This document shows positions 46,161 to 61,587 of a DNA stretch of 64,000 nt, in pieces (position 1 is the stretch's first letter; each line of letters begins with the position of its first letter). Source of the DNA: Eledone cirrhosa. Lineage: Eukaryota. The stretch covers positions 39,122,001 through 39,186,000 of the forward strand of contig OZ024745.1 of assembly GCA_964016885.1 (NCBI GenBank), read 5' to 3'. A model generated the notes under the pieces. The model did no database searches. It was not told where the DNA came from and saw only the letters and a list, made by a program, of their open reading frames with translations. Position numbers and translations under genes: made by a program.

Positions 46161-46968
46161 ATGCGTGTGTGTGTGTGTGTGTGTATGTAAATATATATAT
46201 ATATATATACATATAAATATATACGATTGCATCTTTATGTATAAATATATATATATATATATATATAAACATATATAAAGACACAACCGTATATATAGCA
46301 TGTATCTTTGTCAGATTAAAAAAGGCAATCCCTTATGTGTCAGACAGGTATTTTCAGTCAGCTCTGCCTAGCTGTCAAGCTGACAATCCTGTCAAGATTA
46401 CACTATGACACATTGACAGTGTGGCAGACCCACCGGCATTCAGTTATTTAGTTAGAGAATTCGAGGCATATAGCTGACAGTAACATTAAACTATAGATAT
46501 ATCAAATGGCTTAATATACTCCAACGACAGACCTTGGAATAGATTTCATTGAAGCAGAACAGGAAGAAAAATATCGAACACCGGACATGTGTATAGGCAG
46601 GTACGCCAGATTGAAATTGTATATAAATTGATAGTTTTCGTTGATCTCGATGTTCTGGCAGTTAAAATTAGATTTTCCATCTACGAAAGCTTTTCATCGT
46701 TGTCATGAGGAACGTCTACTCTTAGTGTTCTTCTCAGTTTATTTATGTTGTTACTTATCTATCTGCTTGCTTGTTTATTTAATTAACTATTCATTTTATA
46801 CTGACAAAATAAACCTTTCAGCAAATCTCTTTCCTATTCCTACATCTAGCTAAAAAGTTTTGGAAAAAAATTGTAATATAACAGGTAAAAGAAAAATAGG
46901 ATTGAAGAAGAAAGTAAAACAGAAACAAATAATCAATAGAATAGAATAACGAACACTTACAGAGCAAA

Positions 46969-47012
<44 letters not shown>

Positions 47013-47574
47013 GCTAGTATAGGATTGAAGGATATTCCTGATGTTAGGAATGCCATTAGCAAATCAAAGAGGAGTGGATGTATATATCTACGAAATTATA
47101 TTTAAATCTGAGGTGGAATCGATTTGATGCTACAACTAGATATCAACTTAACTTACAGAAAAATTGTTTTTACTTCAGTAGTATACAGGAGGAGATGTGG
47201 TGCTTTTACATTAACACCGAAGCATTCCTTTTGAAGTATGATTAAATATAATAGTTGATTTGCATCATCGCCTCAAACAGTATATTACACCAGCTATTCG
47301 ATGATGTCATTACACGTCGTTACATCTTTTGACGTACATGCTTAATATGGATCGCCTTTCTAGTTATATATACTTCTTTTGCAGTTGCTTCAATCACAGC
47401 TTACGCTACAACTTTATGCCTGCAACATAATCTTCCCTCTGTATCGGGCACACTTTTACATTCCCGTGTGATCTGCAACTAACAAAAAAAAATAACGTCC
47501 GTTGTTGACTTCCTTCAGCCATTTTCCACAGACCCTGTCCAATGAAAATTTACTAAAACTACATACACACAGAC

Positions 47575-47655
<81 letters not shown>

Positions 47656-47676
47656 CGTGTGTGTGTATGTGTGTAC

Positions 47677-47727
<51 letters not shown>

Positions 47728-49399
47728 ACACAGGTTTATATGAAGGCATTTACGGTGTGTTTATCCATATTAAGCAGACAGTACTTTTGATAGGAATATT
47801 AACTTTTTTCCTTCAGAGAAACTCCAAGGGAAAATGATGATAAATATGTGCAGAAACAACACTAATTTAGCATAATGTTCACCTGAACTCTGTCTGAAGA
47901 CATATGTTAAATACATAATACTATATTTCTGGGACAAAAATTACATAAATATAATAAAAAATATATTTAGTGAAGCAAACAAATAGGAAAATTACATTGC
48001 CACCAACAAATATATGCAATAAATTAGAAGAACACGAGGGCAAGTGCAAAGCGTATTCGGCAACGAAAGAAAGAAATAGGCAAAGGCAGAAAGTGACAGA
48101 CACTACACATCACTCAGAGCAGTGTATCGTCTGCACCCCGGGGAAACAAATGGTAAAGGCTATTCAGCACACAATGGGCAGTGACACTAGCCGGAACAGA
48201 CCCCCCCCCCCTTCGGGGAACTCCTTACTCTGATCGAGTTGTTTTAAATAATGGAGAATGTAATAATGTAGATTTCACAGGCTGATTACCTAACGCATTG
48301 ATACACGTGTAGGACTTTCCAGTATTCAATAAATAATTGATTGAACATCAGTATATATGCTTTGTTTTTCTATTAACCTACATATATACATTACAGAGGA
48401 GGTTTCGTGACGTCTGTGTACATGTAACTCTGAGAAATAGAAGAACGAAACTAATATCTAAAATGAGTACAATGTGTATGCGTATAGATATTTTAAAACG
48501 AGGCACAGCATTCAGCAAACAAAATATTGCATTGCTGTCGAGTTGGAATTTATGATAGTCCAAAGTGCTTTTGATTGAATGCGAGATAATGTAAAATATT
48601 ACTGATTCTTTGATCAATAACATTAATAACGACACTATGTGAAAAAATACAATGAAAAGAAGGATTGATTAGTTTGGTGTGCAGCATCATACTAGCAATT
48701 TTTCAACACTCTCCATGATGATGACATATGTGAACACCTAGAAAACGAAGATGATGGAGTGCTAAAACCATAAACAAAACAAATTAACATTGAAAAAGGC
48801 TAGTGTAGGCAATGGAGAGAAGAGTGTGAGAGTGATTGATAGAGTGAATGGGAGTAATTAAGATAGGGAAAACTCTGCAGTAGGAAATGTAACACATAGA
48901 TACATATAGCTTGTAAAGAGATTCATAGTAATTGACTTCTAACATGTAAATATTATCAGTAGCTATATACAAGCAAATATTTGATTTGTATTATTGAAAA
49001 GGAATACATAAAAGAGAATACGCGGGCATCAGATGGCCTTCGTTATTTAATCGCGGAGTAATATTTTTCGTTTCCACTCATGGTATAAGATCAAACAAAT
49101 GATGCTAAACAAATAATACTGTCAAGAATAAAGGTATGGTAGTTGACATCTATGAAATCAAATGCAAAACAATAAAATCAAATCACATATGTATGCTCTG
49201 AGTATGTTATGATAAATAAAACAAGAGATAAACCAATTGCAATAGGAAGATTAATAAAAGATGCAGTAAGGATATTATTAGTAGTGATAATAATAATTTC
49301 TTTATCAACCACAAACAGATTACAAGAAGAAAAAAATAAGAACGTCAGAGGACAAAACATTGAATGTGTGTGTTGATGTCTGGATTAATAATAATAATA

Positions 49400-52300
49400 A
49401 GCCATGCGACTCTACACACACTGGTTCCACTGAGAGTATGTATTTCTGTAAATATGCATATTTACACCGGCCGGAGTCGGCTAAATGTGTCACCATTAGT
49501 TTTGACAGTGACCAGGCGAATGTTATAGTGGTCACATATATATTTCAATCTTGCAACGTGCTCTGGTAGCCCATTGATTTTTTTCCTTCTCTTCGGACAT
49601 TTGAATAATTAAAGATGAAAGTGACAGTCACGTATGACTGTCACAAAAAACAACTACAGCAACAACTGAGAATGTAATACATATATCTATGATGATAACA
49701 ACAACACTGTTGCCATAGATTGAGAAGACAAGCTTTATAGCCGCTGAAAAGTAAAACAACGCAATGACGGGAGTCAGAACGGAGTAGAGCAAAAATCTAA
49801 ACAAGTCGTAATCAAGTGTAACATTCTTACAGAAGAAGAGCATATGGTGTGAGTGGACGGTTACTTCAGCGTTGGAAAATGTTCCCAATGATTGAAACAA
49901 CTTAGAATAATTTAAAGGGAGAGACAATGGGAATTAGAAATAATAATTGGCTCACCAAGATTGAATTAGACGCTTTGGAAATCGAAGTACAATTCGCAGA
50001 TGTTAATATTGAAGGTAACTTATTTGAATCGAATATTGAAAGCGGGACACCTAGCGATCACAATAAAACTGAATCAACCGAGAAAGAATTAGCCTACAGA
50101 AATGCTGATAAAGTAAATATTGATGAACCACTAATCGTTGAAGGAGTGGACAATGAAGTAAAAGTTTGTGTGGAGGTTGAAAGTTTGAATAAAAATGAAA
50201 ATTAAGAAAATGAAGAATCAAGATTGGTTATCAAACGAGTGAGATATATGTTTAATGATGGATACAATAGGACGCTGCTCAATCTTCGGAATATAGAGAG
50301 AAGTCGTTTAGCAAGTGAAACTGCAAAAGTAAACTATGCAATAATACGTATTGAAACTAATGGTATCACCGACTTCAGAAAGCTAATTAGCGCTGTAGTG
50401 TTTCTGGTGGATGAGGTATTAGGCATAAAAAACAGATAGGACGAAAGGTAAGGAACCTTGATGAATGATAAGATAAGAAGCTGACATAACAGTTCAGAAA
50501 CGATGTAGAAAATGGATGCGTGGCATAGAGGAACACGGAACGAAGCCAAAGGAGAGTAGAAACGACGCGTGGACATAATGTATGAAATAAAGTTAAAAGC
50601 TATAAATGTTGTGATGAAAGATGTGAAGGAGCGAATTAAGCTAAATTCTAAACGGGTTAGGTGGCATATAGGTTTACGAAGAGATTAGATTATTCTCTAT
50701 GTATCAAAGTGTGTTTCAGAACGCAGTTAGCGGGAAATGGAGGAGAGGTTGTTAACGGTGCTGAACAATCCACATATAGCGTTCAAATATACGGAGTATT
50801 GAAAAATACCATATCAAATATGCATGATGGCTAAATGAAGTTTACCATAAATTATCTAATGAACCAAATCAGAGGTGGGACAGAAATTAACAGGAAGACG
50901 TTCAAGAGCAAGTTAAGAAAATGTCAAACTGGAAGGAATTCCCTCTACCGGATGGCATCTAAAGTTTGTGTTTAGAAATATTTGAAATTGTTCATTCAAT
51001 AGACGGGAAATGATTGTGGAGTTCGAGGAGAAGTTTCACGGCGGGTGGTTTAAAGATGATGAACTTAGATAATGGAGGATGAATGAAAAGTCGGTTCATT
51101 TGAAATTACAGGCCGATTGCTTGATTGAATTTGTTTTGAACTCTGTTGACAGGTATCTGCGTAGCAAAAGGGTATGATCACTTTCATCAGAATGAGATGC
51201 TACAGGTCGAGCAGAATGAGTATAGGAGAAATTCAATGGGATCCAAAGACCATGTTGCCGTTGAGAAGATGATGATGAATCATTGCAAAAGACGACTAAA
51301 ATATGTATGCATGGATTGGTTAAACTCCAGGAATGTATTTGGCATAGTAATTTCAGAGGTTGTGAAATGTTTGAGAGTATTGAGGATAGCTGACGGTGTT
51401 TAATAATATAATTGTTTTTACTATTGTCACAAGGCAAACCAGTACATTACTGGTACTTTATTTTATTGACCCCGTAAGGATGAAAGGCAAAGTTAACCTC
51501 GGCGGGATTTGAACTCAGAATGGTAAGGGTCGTAACTATATGCGTCAAAGCATGGCGTTCGACCCTCTACCGATACTGCCAATTCAGTTAATATAATGAA
51601 TTCGTGCATGTATTTATGGAAGACAAAGATGTGTGCAGAAAATAAACAGCTAGGTGTGGTCAAGATGCAAATATATATATTTCAAGATGATTCCTTATCA
51701 TTGGCCTTTGTGATTACCGTCAACCCATTATCAACGATATGATTTGATAAATATATTGGCTACTAAATGGAAAATAGAGGGCCTTTAAATCAAGAACCTA
51801 CTTTTCATGGATATTTTGAAGCTCTTTGGTAGGATAAAATCTCAGGTTGATACATTGACCCAAAATGTCAACAGTTGTTTCGAGAAAGTAGGTATGGGGT
51901 TTGATATTTAAATGTGTTCCATCTGACTCTGATGAAAGCATGGCTTGTACATAGTGGTGGAACTGAGTTACCTTATGTAGAATTGATTGGTGTTCCCTGG
52001 AACAGTGGAAAATACTTGGGTATTTTGGAGATTGAAAATATTCTAAAGAGATGAGAGGAACTGAGAAGGAAATCTATCTAAAAAGTTAGACATGCTACTA
52101 GAAACGAAATTGACTGGAATGATCTTAAATGCTTCTAACAATAGTCTTTGCCTGTTATCATATACCACAGGGTGGACAGGCTAACGCGTACGAACATGGA
52201 CAATAATGGTGCATTGCACCCAAAGGTAACTATTAAAACATTGGAACGTATTTGGTCAAGGATTATTAAGCGCGAAAGACTGGCTAACGAAAGCAGGTCC

Positions 52301-53170
52301 TTAGATTTGTATTTGGCCAGTAGTAAATAATTTGTGTTGCCAAATGAAGGGGCATATAATGTCAACGCATGAAAAGATAATACAAACGGATTCTGCTGGC
52401 TGGGACACTAAGAACAAGGAATTGTTTGGAATTACCTGGTCAATTTTAAACATAGGTGAAGGGAATAACAGTAGGATTTTCACGGAATTGGTTTAGAAAA
52501 AGTTGATACTTAGACAGAGACTTATAGATTATTAATAATTGCTAACATTCAAACACTAATCTCAAACGCGATAAAGAATATGTATAACTCATATGCGCCT
52601 CCCTTGGTATTTATGCAATAAATAGATGATTGCAACCATTGAGAGAAGATTTTAGAAAATCAGATGATTGCAACCAAAACAGAGAAGATTTTAGAAAATC
52701 AGACTGTGAAGCTCTTATGGAACTTTATAGTCTAGAGAGATAGAGTTCTTGAAAAATACAAACCCAGACATAACTGTGTTGGAGAATGCTACTGAAAAGT
52801 TGTGCTTGTTGATCGAGCTAGTTTAACCAGTAACCCATTGCATCAATGATAAAGGAAACAAGAATTTCGTAAAATAGATAGACTTGAGAATAATTGCCAA
52901 AAAAATGTGTAATATAAAGGCAAGAGTGGTACGAATGGTAATTGGAGCACTTGGGTCGGCGACAGAAATCCTCTTGAAAAACCTTTATAGAATTGAAATC
53001 AGTCGCAGGCTAACGACTTTACAGAAAACAAAAAAATAGGGAACATAAAATATTTTGCGGAAAGTACTACCACTAAAGCATGTAGAGAAGTTCACGGATA
53101 TCGAGGCCTTATTCAGTGGTGAATAAGACTTATTTTCTGAAAAATGAAACCAAAGATAAGATATAATGGT
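49400..53170 (+). mobile_element. Old, near full-length, heavily decayed R4/Dong-type LINE
   Basis: Starts after (TAA)n at ~49386-49398. Remnants include IRNNNWLTKIEL, EQ..YRRNSMGSKDH, LLFMD, KYLGI, NGALHPK, KPDI, VIGALG and ILRKVL. Confidence 0.8.
51413..51588 (-). mobile_element. tRNA-derived SINE nested in the decayed Dong LINE
   Basis: Same family as 17831; TSD taatataat; the LINE RT remnant continues on both sides. Confidence 0.85.
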
Positions 53171-54891
53171 ATTCTAGACAACCCTACGTGGTGGTTCGGT
53201 CACGCTTGAAATGGTCTAACATTGTGTACTTGGTGCCAAACAACACCCGTACAATAAAGAAAAACAAAGGCAGATATTTTATCTCCATTATAGCTAGGAG
53301 AATAAGTGCGCATTTCAAAAGAAACCAACAGAGGACAAAGACGTCAGAGACACTTATTGTACTGAAGATCAATTCATTATATATGATGCAAGTAAAAAAA
53401 AATATATGACGAGAAATGTACATTTCTTATTATTTTTACTTATATTATAGTAATTATTATCTATCATTCATGTGATTTGTGATTTCGATTGTGATTTATT
53501 AATTCGTATCTAACAAATGAAACAGAAATACACCATATTACAGGAAATGATGAAAGATAGAATGATGTCAGGACTGTAGTTTCTTATATGGAAAGAACTT
53601 TTGTTTTAAGTTTGACTGAAGTTCCGTTAGATAAAAGAAAAATTGTATAACCGAATAAATGGTATCCGTTCGTAAAAATATAAGTCTTAATAGAGTTCTA
53701 TAATTATATGTTTTCCGTCGTGAGTAAATAAATCTGTAATAATTCATCTGTGTAATTTCCTCATGGAAACATTATCTGATATACAGCTGGTGTAACAAAT
53801 AATGAAATCAACATACTGTATATATATATATATCTAAATTTGATATTTGTTTACATTTGTTCATACTTGCCTTTGGCATTATAATCATGGCATTACAGAA
53901 CAACCTATTGTTTAAGTGCACGACACTGGTTTAGATTTCCGTATGAATTCTATGCTAGACAGTCGACTTTTAAATACAACCATTATATTTGACGACCTAC
54001 ATATTTACAAAGAAGATTACTATAGATATGAAGAATCCGCGCAGGTTGTACATTTCCATACATTTTAATATTTTACACATTAAGATTGAATTTTCACTAT
54101 TCATAATGTACAGAGAAGTTTCTAAAAGATCTGATCATTCTTATTAATTATTATCTTCTGTACAACACATGCATTAATTTAACTGCTCAATTTATCGCTG
54201 TGAAATTATACGCACATTAATACTCGGATATAATGTCTACAGCTCTAAAATGTATTTCGCACACTAGCTTAAAATATATTCAATAGATTTGTGACGTTGA
54301 CTGATGCAAAAATGTGCGATTAGAAATCAACACCTTTTCAGAGTTAATGTTTCTGGAGAAATAAGTATATTAATATTTCTAAAGTTTCTCTGTGAGCTGT
54401 TAGCTAGAATTAAATCATAAGAAATCATTATTAATCTCTACGCATTCGAATAATCAGTCGAACGTAAATAGGATCGTTTAGTGACATATCTATCAGGTTT
54501 TACCCTCAATAAACAAGAATAACTAAAAGCTGGAAAAATGTTGAATAATATGTAAGATGACAACATGTAAAATGCATTATCAACGTAATTCTATATATAT
54601 GTAATCATATTGTCTTTGCAATCATACTGTCCAACTCATATGATGTAGATTGAAACAATCCCAGTAAAGTAAATCTATATATATGTATCATATGTTAACA
54701 CAAGATATTCATTTAGCTGCTATTATACAGATATAAACACGCAATTTAAACGTAATAAGGAAAATAAACGAAATTGAAGAAAAGAATCTATATTAAAATG
54801 AGACATTTTAATCGGTTCAACTTGTGTCAGTGAGAAATATTAATGATAAAATCACGCAAACAGGCTAAATCATGCGCACACACACACAAAC

Positions 54892-54956
<65 letters not shown>

Positions 54957-54979
54957 AATATATATATATATATACATTT

Positions 54980-55125
54980 ATGAGTTCTGATCTAGCTGTC
55001 GAAACGGCCGGAGCTGAGCCTTGGGGATACTGACGCTTTTTCTATTACCCACTCTAAAACCCAAATATCGAGTACTCCGGTACGTTATTGTCCACCTGGT
55101 TCCTTACCCCACTTCATTCGTTATA
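54980..55125 (+). mobile_element. 3'-terminal fragment related to the PLE end at 6765-6897
   Basis: gtcgaaacggcc..ctattacccactcta..gagtactc..ggttccttacc..ttcgttatat. Confidence 0.6.
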
Positions 55126-55161
55126 TAATAATAATACTACTACTACTACTACTACTACTAC

Positions 55162-55212
<51 letters not shown>

Positions 55213-56299
55213 GGGAAGAAGACGCAGAATAAGGGAAGAAGACGCACGAGGTGGTAGAAGGTCATGAAATCGCTCCCGTAAGTTTTTGATTTTTAACATA
55301 TTTAAATCAATTGTGAAATAACAATTCTTAGTACAAATAATGCATAAACCATCGAATCAAGTCTCATAAAATTTCGGATCCATAATATATTGTTATATCG
55401 CTCAAATATTCTATTTTGTATTATATATTTTATATTCAAAAAAGAAAATGGTTATAAATGGAAGAAAACTCCCTCTGTCTACACTATATATAACAGCCAA
55501 ATAACAGAAATTTCACCAACACCAGAAACTTGATACACCCATCACCCCGCTGTGTACACTAAATATAACAGCCAGATAACGGCAATTTCACCACCACCAC
55601 CACCAATCCAAGCATCATAATAATAATTACTATTAGTATTGTCTCAAGTTTTAACAAAATGTTTAATTCTAATTTTACGGGAATATCTCAACGCATATAT
55701 TAAACATACGCGACACAAACGCATAGATACTAGAGATCCAACAAAACTAGTCTATTCAAGACAGATATTAAACATACGCGACACAAACGCATAGATACTA
55801 CATATAACAAATAAAAAAAACTCAGTAACGACAACGCCACCGCCGCCACCACTCCATCCATCATTGCTACCACTACCCCATCACAGCCGCCACCACTCAT
55901 TCATTGCTACCACCACAAATCCCCTGTTAACTTAAGAAAGGGGAAGGTGGCGGTATCACTAGACAAGGGAGAGGCTAGCAAAAGATATAAATAGATTGAC
56001 TTAGTGACCTGGCCACCGGCCAAACGCCAACAACTATGGCACTGATGGCCCCCCCCCCCCCCCCTTCCTCACCAACAATATAAAACGCCCCAGCACCACC
56101 ACCGACATAGCCAACAACAATAACAGGCAACTTCAGCAAAAAGTATATTATATTATTGTAATGCACTGGGTGATTGCTGGCCTTGTGACTGGAGTGGAGA
56201 CAATTATTATTATTAATAATTTCATTCTTAAGCCACGCAATGCTCACATTAATGAACCACTCATGATAATAACAATTTAAAATAACAACAAAAAAGAAA

Positions 56300-59200
56300 A
56301 TCCCGTGACCAAGAAATACCGGGATGGCGGCCGGCGGCGAATAGCCGTGTCTCTAGGGGAGAACGACCCCTCTAGTCTTGGTTGACACTCGTTCTAGAAG
56401 TGGTAACAAGAAATGATTACCCCTTGGCGGATAAGGATAAAACGCGACAAAATAAAGTAAATGTCTAATGATAAAATCTCATACCGGATCGGCCGTCACC
56501 CGGGTAAAAAAGAGCCGCGTCCCTCAGAGAGGAACCAGACTGGGGTCGAAAAATCAGCTAATGGTTCAAACCTTCCCATCACTTCGGAGCTGGAGACCTC
56601 CCATAAGCGGAATACTCCTACTGTTGGCCCTCCATGCTCACCACCAAGAAATCCAAAGAAAAAGAGAGAAAAATGGTCAAGGGAAGATAATAAATAGGTC
56701 CTTGAGGCTTTCTACACTGCCATGTACTACCCATCAAATACATCGAATACAGAACAGACATATATCAACTGGAAAAAGAAACATCCTGAAAACAGAGGCT
56801 ATATTAACAGTAACAAACTAGCCAATATACGAAGAAATATTGTAAAAAAAAAGTTACTAACTGATATAGAAATTAATCAGATCAAGCTATTAGCACAAAG
56901 ACAGCGAAGGGAAAATGAAACATGTATCAGTGAAAACGAGGTAAATTGTAACACTTTGAATCCCAGGGTTGGGGCGGAATCACTCGCAACAGAACAAATT
57001 AAAGAAAGGATCGAAAAAGTGGAGGGAGTGCATGCTCAAGATGAAACTCCAAATGAAAATAATGAGATCGTAAATGATAAAGAAATGAATGAGAATGAAC
57101 TTGCCAACTTGAAGGATGAAATTATGATCGAATGGATGAAAATGAAAGAATCTGACATGGGGCAACGAGACACCCTCCCTAAGATCCAGAACTCCAAACA
57201 GAACCAAAAGATAATACACAAGACTAACATAATTCTCAAAAACATTATAATCACAAACAAACTAAACATTACTGATTTAAATCATCTCTATTATGCATCG
57301 GCTAAAGTCACCACTCACTTATGTGGAGTGAAGATGAAAAAACAAAGGAATTCCCACAAGAGATCTACTTGGCAAGAGAACATCAATCGCCAAATAAACC
57401 TTCTCCGATCTGACATATACATTTTAACAAACTATAAAGTAGGTGAACATGTTAAACAAACTAAACTTAGAAAATTGAAAAGAAAGTACAGTATAAAATC
57501 AACAAGTGACATAGACATGCTGATAGAAATAAGCAAGCAAAAAGTGTCGGCCAAAGCTGCTCGTATAAAGCGCTTTGAAAAACGATCTAGATTCTATAAG
57601 GACAATAATATGTTCAAAAACAACCAAAGAAACTTCTACAGAAAAATTGGTAAGTCAACAATAACTGCTAAATCAATACCACCCAAGGAGGAAGTGCAAG
57701 AATTCTGGAAAAAGATCTGGGCCGAAGAAAAAGTTCATAACATACATGCCCCATGGATAGACAGACAAATGAAAGATACAGCACACCTTGAAGAACAAAT
57801 ATGGGAAAACGTAACAGTTGAACAGTTGCGCTTGGCTCTAAGAAAAACCAGCAAATGGAAATCCCCAGGAAAAGACAAAATACAATTTTTTTGGATAAAT
57901 GCCTTCACAGAGTCTCATGAGCTGTTACCCCAATTTACAATGAAATAGTTAAGGAGCTAGAAAATATACCATCATGGCTAGTTAACGGCATTACATTCCT
58001 GCTACCGAAGAATGATGAGACAAACAATCCCAAAAATTACAGACCGATAACTTGCTTGACAACAATGTATAAAATTTTAACATCAGTCCTAACTGAATAC
58101 ACATATGACCACCTGATAACGAATGACCTATTTCCCATTGAGCAGAAAGGGTGTAAACGAGGCTCATATGGCTGTAAGGATCAGCTTTTGGTTAAAAAAA
58201 TGATACTGGAAGATTATCATAATAGACACAAAAATCTATCGATTGCTTGGATAGATTATAAATAAGCATTCGATAGTTTGCCACACAGTTGGATTGAAAA
58301 ATGTTTAGAGATTTTCAAAATATCCCCCGTTGTCAGGAGGTTTTTGTCATTCAGTATGTAGACATGGAAAACGACACTCCTTTTGAATAGCGAAAAAAAA
58401 TCACTGGAAGCTGGAGAAGTTAATATTAATTGTGGAATTTTTCAGGGTGACTCTTTATCACCGCTTTTATTCTGCATCGCACTTATACCATTAAGTAAAA
58501 TGCTCAATGAAACAAAACGTGGATATAGAGTCTATGACAAAACCATTAATCACTTGTTCTACATGGATGACCTGAAACTATTTGCAAAAAATGATGAACA
58601 ATTGCAAGGGCTATTATGAACTGTGAAGCAGTTCAGTGATGACATTAAAATGGAGTTTGGACTAGGTAAATGCGCCAAAGCAACGTTCACCAGAGGAAAG
58701 CTGCTGAAGAGTTCAGACATTAATCTTGATCGGGGGAACGTGATAAGAGAACTTGATCAAGAAAAAACTTACAAATATCTAGGTGTTTGTGAAGGAGACG
58801 GAATCAAGAACTCGTCAATGAGGGAAAGCATAAGGAAGGAATGTTACCGCAGAGTAAGAGCAATCTTAAGAACGGAATTGAATGCAAGGAATAGGATCGA
58901 TGCCATAAACACGCGTGCCATACCAGTAGTAACCTACAGTTACAATGTCATCAACTGGTCAAGCACAGAGATCCGTAGGCTCGATACAAAAAATCGAAAA
59001 TTCTTAACCATGCACAGAATGCATCACCCTAAGGCAGATACAGATAGAATATATCTCCCTAGGAAAGAAGGAGGACGTGGGTTAATCCAGTTAGACATTG
59101 AGTTGAAAACTGCAACAATTGGATTATCTACATATCTAAGGGAATCACATGATTGGATGATCAAACTCGTTTTGAAATACGAAAGCATCAACATATCATA

Positions 59201-60255
59201 TTCCATTACAAAAGATGCACAAAGATACAGCAATGGACTACAAATTTCAGAAGTCCCATTTACTGCTGAAATGGAAAACACAGAAAAAGCAAAGCAGGTA
59301 AAAGTAACTGCAAAGAAAGAACTGCTACAGAAACTGGCTAAGAAATGGCAAGAAAAGCCTCTGTATGGAAAATACCCAGATCGAGCTAACAATCCTGATG
59401 TTGACAAAACATTAACCCATCAATGGTTGGCATCCTCTGGACTGAAATCGGAGACTGAACGACTGATTATATCAGCACAAGATCAGTGTCTGCCAACAAA
59501 AAATTGCCAAGCCAACATAATAAAAAATGGATGCAGCCCATTATACCGTGTATGCAAAAAACAACCAGAGACAATTGACCATATAATTTCAATGTGCAGT
59601 CCTATAGCTCCAACCGAATACCTAAACAGGCATGACAGAGCTGCACAATACATACATTGGATAATGTGTAAGCATTTTGACCTGCCCCATCAAAAGAATT
59701 GGTGCGAGCATCAACCACCTCCCATACTTGAAAAAGATCACATCTCAATCTTGTGGAACTTTAGCATCCAAACAGACCGAAAAATAGATGCAAATAGACC
59801 TGATATAATATTGAAGGACTTTAAAAAGAGGGTATGCCTGCTAATTGATATGTCCGTTCCAATAGACAAGAATGTATCTATAAAAACATTTGAAAAAATG
59901 AGCAAGTATAAGGACCTGGAGATAGAAATTGGAAAAATGTGGAAATTGAGAACTAAAACAATACCAGTGGTTGTAGGCGCTCTAGGAATGATACCTAAAG
60001 AGGTCTAATGATTACTTATCGCAAATCCCAGGAAACCCGCGTATAGGAGAAATACAAAAGATAGTAGTAATGGGAACTGCTCATATACTAAGGAAGATTC
60101 TGTCAATATAAGTACATCACAAGTGTAAACACTAAAGATGCATGTGTGAGTATGTATGTTCTTTCTTGAACATGGCGGACCTTGTTGTCTCTTGAGGTCA
60201 CTGGTTGTGACTTGGTGATAACTCGTATGAACATAAAGCAAGATAAATGCAGCTG
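56300..60255 (+). mobile_element. Full-length R4/Dong-type LINE; single ORF (~56461-60109) broken by stops and frameshifts
   Basis: KWSREDN, WKSPGKD, NYRPITCL, EQKGC, IFQGDSLSPL, HLFYMDDLKL, YKYLG, RVC..ETIDHIISMC, RHD, RPD..D..P..KY.DL. Stops at ~56695, 58263, 58359 and 58617; frameshifts at ~57935 and ~60000; (TAA)n tail at 60256-60303. Confidence 0.95.
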
Positions 60256-60303
60256 TAATAATAATAATAATAATAATAGTAATAATAATAATAATAATAA
60301 TAA

Positions 60304-60461
60304 TTGTTTCCACGTTAGGCACAAGGTCAGCAATTAACCAATGCATTACTGGTACTTTATTTTATCGACCCCTCAAGGATGAAAGGCAAAGTTAACCTCA
60401 GCGGTATTTGAACTCAGAATGGCAAGGGCCGTAACTCTATACGTCAAAGCATGACGTCCGA
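60304..60461 (-). mobile_element. tRNA-derived SINE inserted in the Dong (TAA)n tail
   Basis: Same family as 17831; aataataataat on both sides. Confidence 0.85.
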
Positions 60462-60813
60462 ATAATAATAATACTAGGAATGTATTATTAATTAAAGAAT
60501 CATGAATTCTGTCATATCTACTACAGAGATCCGATTAGCTTTTGATTCCAGAGTGGGGCTAGATCGATACAGTCTGGACCTTGATCTGATCAGTGTCGAA
60601 ACGCACGCCCCCAACCAATAAACGCAACGGAGGAGTAACCATTCGTCCTTCTATTATTATATTACACTCTGTCTAGCTCTACACCTCGATACTCACGGGA
60701 ACTTAAACATCGAGTGCTCAACCAGGTAAACCTACAGTAATTCTGCGTTACACACCCTGGATATATACACACACACACACAACCATACACACACACACTC
60801 ACACACACACACT

Positions 60814-60876
<63 letters not shown>

Positions 60877-61338
60877 TTTTTCAAATCCACTGTCAATAAA
60901 GACACCAGGATTTTTTCATTCTGATGAATGTAAGAAATTTTGTTTGCTTTCAAGAAACCACTGTTAGATGAAATAACTATCTTATGTTGTTTATGACATA
61001 ACTATATATATATATGTACATAGATATATATATATATATATATGTATAGGGGTGAATATGTGTATCGATGTGTGTCAGACATCCATTATCCTGTATAAAG
61101 AAGTCAGATCAGAACACAATGCAGTTGAAGCGAGCAAACTTAATCGTCCCAGTCACTGTTACATTTCGGTATCAAGCACTCATTCAGTTAATTTTTCTAT
61201 GTTTTATGTACTATTTGATTTTAAACACCAATTCGATACATATATACACCCCTTGCAAGAGATGGACCTGTTATTTTTATCTAAAGACATTTTCTCCAAT
61301 TCCATTCCCCGGTCCCCTCTATTTCATTTCTCATTATT

Positions 61339-61374
61339 TCTTCTTATGAAAGACTAGCGTACGAAACGTTAATA
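61339..61374 (+). ncRNA. Minimal hammerhead relic, family G
   Basis: tctt CTTATGA aagac tagc gtac GAAA cg TT aata. With 26955-26990 it gives the consensus tctt CTGATGA aggac tagc gtcc GAAA cg TT aaga. Confidence 0.65.
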
Positions 61375-61461
61375 CCCTCTTCCTGCTATACCAAGCGTTA
61401 ACCTAATATAAACCTTCCATATACTGTCCTGATTGTGTCGTTATTTCTATTTACCTTTTAC

Positions 61462-61587
<126 letters not shown>

